Source: an uncultured archaeon
GTDB taxonomy: Archaea > Thermoplasmatota > Penumbrarchaeia > JASLWR01
Assembly (NCBI GenBank): GCA_964430885.1
Contig: CAYSHM010000024.1
Span: 10,135-50,738, forward strand
Direction of reading: 5' to 3'
DNA length: 40,604 nucleotides
Part shown: piece after piece, positions 9,701 through 17,763 of the stretch
Position numbering within the stretch: the first letter of the stretch is position 1
Layout: each line of letters starts with the position of its first letter
Notes under the pieces: generated by a model
Database searches by the model: none
Seen by the model: only the letters and a program-made list of their open reading frames with translations
What the model was told of the DNA's origin: nothing
Program-made: the position numbers and the translations under genes

Positions 9701-11494
9701 AGCCACGGCAGTGGGAGTTTCCAGGCCCAGAATCGCCGCTGTGGCCGGAGCAGATCTCTGGGCGAAGGTGACATTGAAATAGGGGGGTATATTTAAAGCT
9801 GGCAAGCAATTTCCTATCAGAGAGTGATGATGTGTGCTCTCTGAATGCCAGGCAGTTCCTTCACCTCCTTGTATTACCGGGGTGTTATTATTGTTGGAAG
9901 GTCCACCTGTATTGATGTCTATTTGGTGATAATGGTCCTCAGTTCCGCTAGTATACCCGTAGGAAATGTTCCCCCGGGGGAAAAGACCGTCCAACTCATT
10001 GTAATGTCTCCAGCCCAAGGGAGGCAGTTCATCGAATATGGCTATCATGGAATCAGGGACCTGGGAAGATCCGTCAGCTGTGGAGTAGATCACGTTCATA
10101 TAGGGAGGAAGATTGCTGGCGGGTTCGGTATCCCCTGAGGCCATATGTGTGTGCTCGGGAGCAGGCCAGGATAATGGATTCTCTCCGCTTTCATATACAA
10201 AGTTGGTTGAAAGGTTCAGGCAGAGAGACGATATCAGATTGAAGTAATGGGTGTGCTGGTCTGTACCTCCTGTTTCCTGGTTCAGGACATTGGCCCTTGG
10301 GAATCTCTCATCCAGTTCAGAATATCTGCTCCATCCATCCGGCATTTGACTGGTATTGAATATTACCACTGAACCGTCAGCCAATAGGGAAGGAATTGAA
10401 TTGGTTTCCATGAAGGTGATATTCTTGTATGAAGGAAGAATAGATACGGGATCCGCATCTCCAGTATAAAGGTGGACATGATCCGAGGCAGGCCAATTAA
10501 TCTGGATGTCCTCCAGAGGGCCACCTATCATCTGATTATTATCGGCTCCGGAAGCTGGCTGGGTCTCAATGGCCAATGAATGATGATGCTCCGTTCCTCC
10601 GCCCCATCCTCCATATGTATGATTTCCCCTTGGGAACCTGTTAGTAAGGTCGGCGCATGCATCCCAGCCATCGGGGAGGTTTCCGGGGTCGTCTTGGCTC
10701 ATTATTATCATACGGCCTGACCACTGTAAGGATAGGTCCGGCGCAGTGGGATTTCCATAATACATGAACAATGGGCCACCGTTAATGTCTGTAATGTTCA
10801 GCCAGATGACCGAGGTTCCGTAAGGGTCCCAGCTTTCCCTGAAGAATTCTACAGGATCTCTATCCTTGTCATAGAACCTGATGTCCTGCCCTCCAATCCT
10901 TGCCCTGGAGTAATTGAAGGTAGATGTGTTCAGGATGATCCTTACGGCATTATTTTCACCTGCTTTTGGTCCGCCGTCTCGGGTCTGGTCAAGAGTTATG
11001 GGTCTCTGAAAGGCCCAACCCTGATTACTAGGTTCGATCCATGTTTCAATTGTAATATTTGTAAGATCTCCCAGGGATTCATCGTTGCCGCAGTTCACAT
11101 ATCCGCCGTCCTCGAAATGAAGTCCCTTTCCGTATACGCCGTCAATGCGATCAATGCCTGACAGGCTTCCGTTATTATTGTAGCCTGATCCGTCGACCAA
11201 TACGCTTCCTCCTGGCTCGTCGCACTGCCAAATACCTACGATCGAAGAAGATGGGAGGATGGTGTTGTTTGAAAGATGGGCTGTGTGGTTGACTATTGTT
11301 ATGTTCTCCATTACTGATAGTTCTCCTAGATCACTAAAATCATCAACCCATCCGTTTTCACTTCTTTTCGGTATATAATAATTGTTCCAGTAATTAGCAA
11401 TGTCAGCTTTCCCTGCTTTTTTGGGTTGGTGCGTCATGGCGATATTAACAGATATGAGTACCAGTATCACTATAATACAAAACCATCGTTTCAT
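6797..11494 (-). CDS. Large single-pass receptor-like protein: split LamG + DUF2341-like + 3 tail-collar-like repeats + Ig/FN3-like stalk, TM, cytoplasmic longin/roadblock-like domain and C4HC3 (RING-CH/PHD-like) finger
   Basis: Signal peptide MKRWFCIIVILVLISV (ATG 11494; alternative GTG 11503); LamG halves GIWQCDE..DGSGYNNNG..TIETWI and WNHLAMSY..LYVNG..FRGDLDQIAIFDTAL; DIRFYD..WD..VIWL..MYYGNP; YYWTVIP/YLWKVIP; TM WTLIFITVIVFILILLFIIVLL; finger CKIC-x12-CNC-x4-HEEC-x6-CPNC. Confidence 0.9.
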   Translation of the reverse strand: MKRWFCIIVILVLISVNIAMTHQPKKAGKADIANYWNNYYIPKRSENGWVDDFSDLGELSVMENITIVNHTAHLSNNTILPSSSIVGIWQCDEPGGSVLVDGSGYNNNGSLSGIDRIDGVYGKGLHFEDGGYVNCGNDESLGDLTNITIETWIEPSNQGWAFQRPITLDQTRDGGPKAGENNAVRIILNTSTFNYSRARIGGQDIRFYDKDRDPVEFFRESWDPYGTSVIWLNITDINGGPLFMYYGNPTAPDLSLQWSGRMIIMSQDDPGNLPDGWDACADLTNRFPRGNHTYGGWGGGTEHHHSLAIETQPASGADNNQMIGGPLEDIQINWPASDHVHLYTGDADPVSILPSYKNITFMETNSIPSLLADGSVVIFNTSQMPDGWSRYSELDERFPRANVLNQETGGTDQHTHYFNLISSLCLNLSTNFVYESGENPLSWPAPEHTHMASGDTEPASNLPPYMNVIYSTADGSSQVPDSMIAIFDELPPLGWRHYNELDGLFPRGNISYGYTSGTEDHYHQIDINTGGPSNNNNTPVIQGGEGTAWHSESTHHHSLIGNCLPALNIPPYFNVTFAQRSAPATAAILGLETPTAVAKPGSYGIGAVRGKAYANLGEAELHAPVDNGWNHLAMSYNSGMFCLYVNGELSASAALEDMHFSNDLDLKFGGKFRGDLDQIAIFDTALPDHQIDRDSMVFRPNGNMASLPKEIPQGKYWTSLFARADLPPGSDITLSLDSETRGMNLWKGQLTQGENILCLKQFNTLDHPALTLTAVMNSSHTLSPSILEWGLNWSKMEPPRRIRNISNQTINEEETRQSFLNFGSYFNNTHYLIGELEFQLWDMFDTENVTLEINGSYLDVIHLEDNWTGNVSVKVNCTDVYGQTSTSNEFIIDVININDVPTSQLLFPGNNDTINSDSVTLLWLLGDIDTPLSDIRADVYLGKNSTPKIHDNGLKLQQLTVEELEDDSVYYWTVIPRDGDVGKCLNGTWKFKVNLSEPGLEVNLTSPPDNRTINTTSVNLTWSLIKGNSDNITYTVWFGKEGDELLNIERTENLYHVIHDLEPNNTYLWKVIPYANGTLGICKSGIWSFSVDASYKDMFNITAWVPDLKYDVDQGSNLTINISFHNRGNVPTNLVLELITNITSHVTMKGELDLPTGSNLTFEVNVNDTASLEPGLYNISIAFSYPGNSSRLDLVLEVKYKDDGIGSNGETDESGSWTLIFITVIVFILILLFIIVLLKQRRDRTRSDNDETEKDPEQSGPREFTLEGGEDVDMDDIEVMITEDGSLNGGPQVVADKNVFMITDIFLIYIDGRLVKHIEGASQLKKGMDKDIMGGMLTAITDFIKDSFTHTSGCLKSLQYGKMNIYIERGVSMYLAVVFQGEESGLREKMRWRLIRTWDKYKDLLKHWDGSESGLAGLDEILSVLLEMNKYTIESKKEVEEKVLGEIEAGYEKPDLGAGTIREAEALQLLNRYKCKICLQHITPGTMPIFCNCGSIFHEECGSKVGHCPNCDTSLRSLILGKEFETSRFNVIEEEDRRSMVEKGRDPGKPDTDQRDDEELFKIDF

Positions 11495-11819
11495 AATGCG
11501 CACCGACTTAAAATCTATTCATCCATAGGTCCGCAGCAGGGTAAAAGCAGGCCGCATATCATTATTCGTGTTAATAACAATATTGAAACTCTGCCAAATA
11601 AACTCTAGCCACACCAGGACAATCATGGTTGGAACAGGATATAAATTTTTCTAAAGGATTTACACTTGAGTGAGAGCATAGCTTGTGAAAAATAGCAATC
11701 TGGTAAAGGGGAAAAAACTATATCCGATAAGTTTATTAGAAGTGCTTTAGAAGTGATTATCTGTTAAATTAATTGTCTTTTTTCGATCGTGAGCAGTTTA
11801 GGGAAGTGATGATATCAGA

Positions 11820-14800
11820 ATGAATAGAATGGTAGCGGTTCTAGTAGTGATGGCTTTGACAGTATCCGTTTTCCCCTTGGGGGAATTTATACCTTTGGGA
11901 GAATGGACGTTTTTTCAGATGACTGAAGGTGCCTTGATAAAGGTCGATCCCCAGGGTGATGAGGATTACACCCGGATCCAATGGGCCATAGATAATGCTT
12001 CCTCCAATGATGTTATATACATTCACACGGGATTGTATCAGGAAGAGCTTGAGATATCCGGCAAGAATCTGAAGATCATAGGCAACGGTACCCAGGATAC
12101 TATCATTCAAGGAGACGGAACCGATCCCTGTTTGATCATTTCAAGCAGTAATAATTTCATCCGCGGGATCACTTTCACTACCGGTACCGCAGGCTTAACT
12201 ATATCGGGTTCCAGCGGTAATCAGGTGGAGAACTGCAGTTTTTCCAATAACTTGGAGAACGGGATATTTATGGAGAATTCCCAGGCGGCTTTGATTGAAA
12301 ATGTTACTGCTAGTAATAATGGTATTGGTATCACAGCCGAGAGTTCAGACAACTGCACGATGGGAAATATCTCAATTCAGGGGAACGGGTTCACTGGTCT
12401 TTATCTATTGGATTCCGATCATATGGACCTATACATGAACAGCTATGACAATAACGGCAATTCTGGATTGTATCTTGAAGATTCAGAGAACTGTATGATC
12501 AGAAACTCCACTTTTGGGTCCAATCATGGCAGTGCGCTACTTATGGATTCATGTGGATCCATACTAGTTTCAAACAGTACTTTCACCAGACATGATCTAG
12601 GCGGTATGATCATCAGTTCCACAACCGATGCATACCTCCATTATAATAATATGACCCAATGCGGAGTGATCCTTGAAGGCGGTATGCTGGAGCATTGGAA
12701 TACACATGTCATTGCTGACTCTAATACGGTCAACGGAAACTCCCTTTTCTATCTCAAAGATGATTTTGGGACAACTGTGGACGGTACAAGGGGTCAGGTC
12801 ATCATGGCCAACTGCCAGAACAATCTGGTTCAGGATCTGAATATCAGTAATGCCAATACAGCCATCCAGGTGGGTTTCAGTACTGGGACCGATGTCAATA
12901 ACAACACTTTGACCCATAATTCCCTTTCGGGTGTCAATCTCTCCCATTCTGATAATACCACTGCCCAGTACAATATCTGCAATTCGGACAATACAGCGGG
13001 AATAACAATCTATTCATCCCAGGACATCATGCTCTATAGGAACAACTGTACATCCAACAAGGAAACCGGCATCAGCTTGATCGATTCTGAGGATAATACG
13101 GCCTACCAGAACAACTGTTCAGGAAATGGATTGAAGGGTATTGGATTATCATATTCCACCTCCATTTCACTGGAACTAAACAATGTTACCGAAGGCGGTG
13201 TGAGCCTTTTGGGTGACGCCGTTGAATTCTGGAACTCCCATACAATAACAGATACCAATACAATAGGGAACGGTAAACCGGTTAGATACCTAAAGGATAC
13301 CGTCGGCGGCAATGTTCCCCAAAACCCGGGTCAGATAATACTTGCAAATTGTCAGGGCGTCCAGGTTGTTAACCATTTTCTCGAGGATTCGGGGCCGGGT
13401 ATATTGTTGGGTTTCTCAGATCAGAATGTCGTTGATAACAATACCTGCGAGAACAACAATCACGGCATTGAAGTAGTTCATTCCGATTCAAATCTGGTGG
13501 CCAATAATACCTGTGAATCAAATTATAACGGGATATATCTGCTTAATAGCGATGAAAACATACTTTACAACAATTCATGCAATCAGAACTCATTCAAGGG
13601 GATTCGGTTGTTCCTCTCAGACAGGAACCATATCATGAACAGCACATGTAATGGCAATACCAATGGAGGTATAAACCTGACCTATTCGGATCGGAACATA
13701 ATTTCCAACTGCACAGCGAATAACAATCCCTCTGATGACGGTGTGGGTTTCTTTGTATCCAATAATAATACTGTTGAGAACTGTTCCCTATCCAACAACG
13801 GGCGAATAGGATGGCTCAACCCGGTTTCCTGCGGTTTCATGTGTATGCATTCTTCCGATAACCTCATTATTGACAACAATGTCACGGCCAATGACCACTT
13901 TGGAATAGATGTGGAGGGGAACAGCTACAGGAACAGGGTGGAGAAGAACCTCGTTCAGGACAACACTCAAGGTGTAGGAATACTGCTCCTCAACGGCCCC
14001 AAGCACAATATCCTCATAAACAATACCGCTGTTAACAACTTCCAGAACATCTATCTCTGGAGGGCCGAGGAGAACACAGTGGTTTCAAATCATGCTTATT
14101 CGGCAGTCCATTTCGGAATAATCCTATACATTCAGTGCAGTAATAACATTATTGAAGGAAATTATCTTCATTCAAATCCCTCTAGCGGAATACTGCTCTA
14201 TGACGCCCACAGCAATCAGATCACCAATAACACATGCAACTCTAACACCGAGAAGGGTATCGAGCTTTGGCTGGGCTCAAGTCATAACGAGTTCTCATTC
14301 AATATTCTCAGGAACAATACTGGTCATGGTTTTGAGATACTAGAAGGCGGAGGCCATAACAACACCATCCACCGCAATGCTTTTGCGGGCAATAACGGAA
14401 GCGGTATCCAGGCATTTGACGCCGGGGCGGACAATATCTGGTATGATAGCGATACCAATATTGGGAATTTCTGGACCGACCATCCTAACCGATATCCCCA
14501 GGCGGCCAAGCAGGGATTTATCTGGGACACACCTTATAAAATAGATTGGCCGCAGGCTGTATACGATCAGTATCCCCTCAACAGACCGTACTATGATCAT
14601 ACTCCCCTGGTGATGCACACGGATTATACTCCTTCGGAGGGCACAACAGGAGATCCCTTTAACTTCACGGGCTTCTTCGAGGACAATATCTGGATACTCC
14701 ATATCAATCTGACTTATACCTACAACAATGTCCAGTTCTTCACCCTTCAGATGAACAGAACTGATGCCAACGAATTCTGGTTCAGCAATATTACCCTGGA

Positions 14801-17552
14801 AACCGATGCCGAACAGCTGCAGTATGAGCTGGAGGTGGTGGACGTGAACGGTAATTCCATTACAACTCCCCTTCGTAACGTGATGATAATCGACAATGAT
14901 AAACCTGAGCTGCTGAACGACGACAGTCCAGCAGAGGTCCCCACTGGAAACAGCTTCACTTTCGCAGCCAATTTCACTGATAATATCCTGGTGGATACGG
15001 TCAATGTCAGCTATTCATTTGACGGCCAGAACACCTTTACTCACTCTATGATATATGCGGGGGGCGATCTATGGACCAAGGACATCAGTGCCGAATCGGA
15101 GTATCAGGGTCTGGATTATTATTTCACTTTCTCGGATACAGTGGGCAACGTGAATACCACCGATCCGGAGCCCATCGATTTCAATGATGTGATACTCCCC
15201 TCACTGGTGGAGGACCTTACCAATATAAAAGCAACCACCGGAGATACCTTTGTTTTCAGGGCTTTGATAGAGGACAACTGGGATATGGACCGTGCTGAAG
15301 TAGAATATTCATTTGACAATATCACATATCAGAACGCAAACCTCGTTAAGATGATGAACGGGACATACAGAGCGATAATACAGGTCCCCTCAAATGGAAC
15401 CCGTCTTTATTATTACTTCGAGATGCAGGATATGGAGGGGAACATTAATTGGACCTATCTGAAAATAATACCCATAGTGGACAATGACGAACCCTTGCTG
15501 GTAATGGATCTATCCGATACAGAGGGCTCTACAGGTGAACCTTTCACCTTTACCGGGATATTCCAGGACAATATAGAGATCTCGGAAGTAAGGGTGAACT
15601 ACACCTTCGACGGTGTCAATTTCCACAATATTTCCCTTGATCCCTATCACATTGACGGACCTACGGTTGGGTTCCAGAAGTCCATAACAATGGACCATCC
15701 AGCAAGCTATATGGAATATATTATTTGGATTCTTGATTCGGCGGGCAATTCAAACGAGACCTTTGTTGAGTTCATGACGATCTCTGATGTCATATCACCC
15801 AATGCTGATGCCGGAGAGAACATAACTCTTGAGCAGGGAGATACCGCTATCTTCAATGGAAGCAAAAGTTTTGATAATATCGATGTTGATGAACTCTTCT
15901 GGACCTTTACCTATATGGGGGTACATCGTGAACTGACAGGTTTCGCTCCTTCATTTACATTCGAGGAAGCCGGTTCCTATGAAGTGACATTGAATGTTAC
16001 TGACAGTTCAGGTAATTGGGCTGCGGCCAAGGTATGGGTCTTTGTGAAGGATTCCACTCCACCTGTTGCAAAAGCCGGATTTGATCTGCTGCTGCTCCCG
16101 GGGGAAACAGCTGTCTTCAATGCCTCGGCTTCCACTGACAATATTGAGATCGCGGATTACCGGTGGTCTTTCAATTATTCAGGTCAGCTTATAGAACTCT
16201 ACGGAATGGAGGCAAATTTTACCTTTGATATCATTGGTGTATACAATGTGACCCTGACAGTCACTGATTCCAGCAGCAATACTGCTACGGATAAACTGGT
16301 GGTAAGGGTATACTGGGAAGATGAGGACGATCCGACAGCCCGTGCCGGCGAAGACGCGGTGATCACCATTGGGGATACCTTCACATTGGACGGCAGCGGG
16401 TCCTTTGATGATCTGGATATTATCAGTTTTACCTGGAGCTTTGAGATCAATGGAACCGAGGTAATTCTTCACGGAGCAAAGGTAAACTATACCTTCCTTG
16501 TCACAGGGGAATTCGAGATCCAACTGGAGGTGGAGGACCCAGTGGGAAATACTGATACTGATAGTGTCATCATTAAAGTTAAGTTAGAAGGTGAGCCGGG
16601 AGATGATGATGATGATGATTCGGACGATGATACCACAGGTGACGATGATACTGCCGGAGATGATGATGATGGAGACAAGGGCAGTAAAGGGGATGATGGG
16701 AACAGTTGGCTGTGGTTGATCATACTTATAGCAGTGCTGATGGTCATAGGTATCATACTGCTTATTGTGATCCGTAAGAAGGGCGGGAACGACAAGGAAG
16801 CGGATGAAGTCCAAGATGGAGATGGAATCGGGAACCTCCCTGTGTCGACTGACCAGAGTGTGGAAACCGGAGAACCTGCCTCTGCAGAAGAGGGGATGTA
16901 CCCATCCGATCAGGCGAGCATTCAGGAAAGCTTCATTGGTCCTGGTATCCCTACCGAAACCGTTCAGAAAGGTCCAAAGGAAGAGGGGCAGTACTACCAA
17001 TATCCGCAGGAGGCGGTTCAACCGGATATGGAGCGGGAGACCCTGTATCTGGATGCCTATCCTGCCGATCATTCGGAACCTTACCCCGAACAGATGCAGG
17101 GTCTTGGTCCGATCCAGGAAGGTGAACTAAGTGAGGTCGCGGCCGGTCAGGTCCAGCAAAAGTCTGAAGCTGAAGCGCTTTCGAAGCCGGCAAGAAAATC
17201 CCCGCCACCACCTCCGGGAAAAGCCAAACCGCCGGCGCCCCCTACAAAGAACATGTCCGAAGATGCCCTTGATTCAAAGGATGCTGTTGGCGTGAATGAT
17301 GAGATACAGCCCGGTACTGCTGAAGATAGTGTGTTCGATGCAGAGAGGACTAATGAAGATTCTGTGGAGGAGGAGGATGGGAATGCGGAGGATCAAGAAT
17401 TGGAAGAGGGATCGGATGAAACAGATTCAGATGAATTCCGGAACATTGAAACTGAAGATGCAGAACACCCTAACACCGAGGATGATGATGAAGTGAATCT
17501 GGACGAGGACGATCTCGACGATCTATTGGATGGAATAATGGATGATATCTGA
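11820..17552 (+). CDS. 1910-aa cell-surface protein: long NosD-like parallel beta-helix, 4 Ig-like repeats, 3 PKD repeats, poly-Asp linker, TM, acidic/Pro-rich cytoplasmic tail
   Basis: DYTRIQWAIDNASSNDVIYIHTGLYQE pectin-lyase-type start; many GI.L..S..N.I.NN repeats; GNFWTD...YDQYPL cap; repeats TGD.F.F....DN; PKD repeats with GNW/GNT; TM WLWLIILIAVLMVIGIILLIVI. Confidence 0.92.
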   Translation: MNRMVAVLVVMALTVSVFPLGEFIPLGEWTFFQMTEGALIKVDPQGDEDYTRIQWAIDNASSNDVIYIHTGLYQEELEISGKNLKIIGNGTQDTIIQGDGTDPCLIISSSNNFIRGITFTTGTAGLTISGSSGNQVENCSFSNNLENGIFMENSQAALIENVTASNNGIGITAESSDNCTMGNISIQGNGFTGLYLLDSDHMDLYMNSYDNNGNSGLYLEDSENCMIRNSTFGSNHGSALLMDSCGSILVSNSTFTRHDLGGMIISSTTDAYLHYNNMTQCGVILEGGMLEHWNTHVIADSNTVNGNSLFYLKDDFGTTVDGTRGQVIMANCQNNLVQDLNISNANTAIQVGFSTGTDVNNNTLTHNSLSGVNLSHSDNTTAQYNICNSDNTAGITIYSSQDIMLYRNNCTSNKETGISLIDSEDNTAYQNNCSGNGLKGIGLSYSTSISLELNNVTEGGVSLLGDAVEFWNSHTITDTNTIGNGKPVRYLKDTVGGNVPQNPGQIILANCQGVQVVNHFLEDSGPGILLGFSDQNVVDNNTCENNNHGIEVVHSDSNLVANNTCESNYNGIYLLNSDENILYNNSCNQNSFKGIRLFLSDRNHIMNSTCNGNTNGGINLTYSDRNIISNCTANNNPSDDGVGFFVSNNNTVENCSLSNNGRIGWLNPVSCGFMCMHSSDNLIIDNNVTANDHFGIDVEGNSYRNRVEKNLVQDNTQGVGILLLNGPKHNILINNTAVNNFQNIYLWRAEENTVVSNHAYSAVHFGIILYIQCSNNIIEGNYLHSNPSSGILLYDAHSNQITNNTCNSNTEKGIELWLGSSHNEFSFNILRNNTGHGFEILEGGGHNNTIHRNAFAGNNGSGIQAFDAGADNIWYDSDTNIGNFWTDHPNRYPQAAKQGFIWDTPYKIDWPQAVYDQYPLNRPYYDHTPLVMHTDYTPSEGTTGDPFNFTGFFEDNIWILHINLTYTYNNVQFFTLQMNRTDANEFWFSNITLETDAEQLQYELEVVDVNGNSITTPLRNVMIIDNDKPELLNDDSPAEVPTGNSFTFAANFTDNILVDTVNVSYSFDGQNTFTHSMIYAGGDLWTKDISAESEYQGLDYYFTFSDTVGNVNTTDPEPIDFNDVILPSLVEDLTNIKATTGDTFVFRALIEDNWDMDRAEVEYSFDNITYQNANLVKMMNGTYRAIIQVPSNGTRLYYYFEMQDMEGNINWTYLKIIPIVDNDEPLLVMDLSDTEGSTGEPFTFTGIFQDNIEISEVRVNYTFDGVNFHNISLDPYHIDGPTVGFQKSITMDHPASYMEYIIWILDSAGNSNETFVEFMTISDVISPNADAGENITLEQGDTAIFNGSKSFDNIDVDELFWTFTYMGVHRELTGFAPSFTFEEAGSYEVTLNVTDSSGNWAAAKVWVFVKDSTPPVAKAGFDLLLLPGETAVFNASASTDNIEIADYRWSFNYSGQLIELYGMEANFTFDIIGVYNVTLTVTDSSSNTATDKLVVRVYWEDEDDPTARAGEDAVITIGDTFTLDGSGSFDDLDIISFTWSFEINGTEVILHGAKVNYTFLVTGEFEIQLEVEDPVGNTDTDSVIIKVKLEGEPGDDDDDDSDDDTTGDDDTAGDDDDGDKGSKGDDGNSWLWLIILIAVLMVIGIILLIVIRKKGGNDKEADEVQDGDGIGNLPVSTDQSVETGEPASAEEGMYPSDQASIQESFIGPGIPTETVQKGPKEEGQYYQYPQEAVQPDMERETLYLDAYPADHSEPYPEQMQGLGPIQEGELSEVAAGQVQQKSEAEALSKPARKSPPPPPGKAKPPAPPTKNMSEDALDSKDAVGVNDEIQPGTAEDSVFDAERTNEDSVEEEDGNAEDQELEEGSDETDSDEFRNIETEDAEHPNTEDDDEVNLDEDDLDDLLDGIMDDI

Positions 17553-17763
17553 TTTCAGCGCTTTCCCCAAATAGCACACGGGTCTTTATGGAACTTCCCA
17601 TAATCAGGAAAAAATTATTAATCTAGGGTTTGATTTATTACTCTATCAATAAGGGCTAGGCCCTTAAGCGTAACTCTTCATTATCTGAAAATTTTATGGA
17701 TAGTGTCTAGGGAGATATTCCTCCGATTTTATTCTGGATCGGATCGTAATCAGGGTGATAAAA

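Noticed and set aside
9755-10712. Prophage or contractile injection system suggested by tail-collar-like repeats
   Set aside because: No capsid, terminase, sheath, baseplate or integrase; repeats are embedded in a signal-peptide/TM cellular protein
11820-14600. NosD copper-binding protein of a nitrous oxide reductase cluster
   Set aside because: Only the generic beta-helix repeat is shared; no nosZ/F/Y nearby
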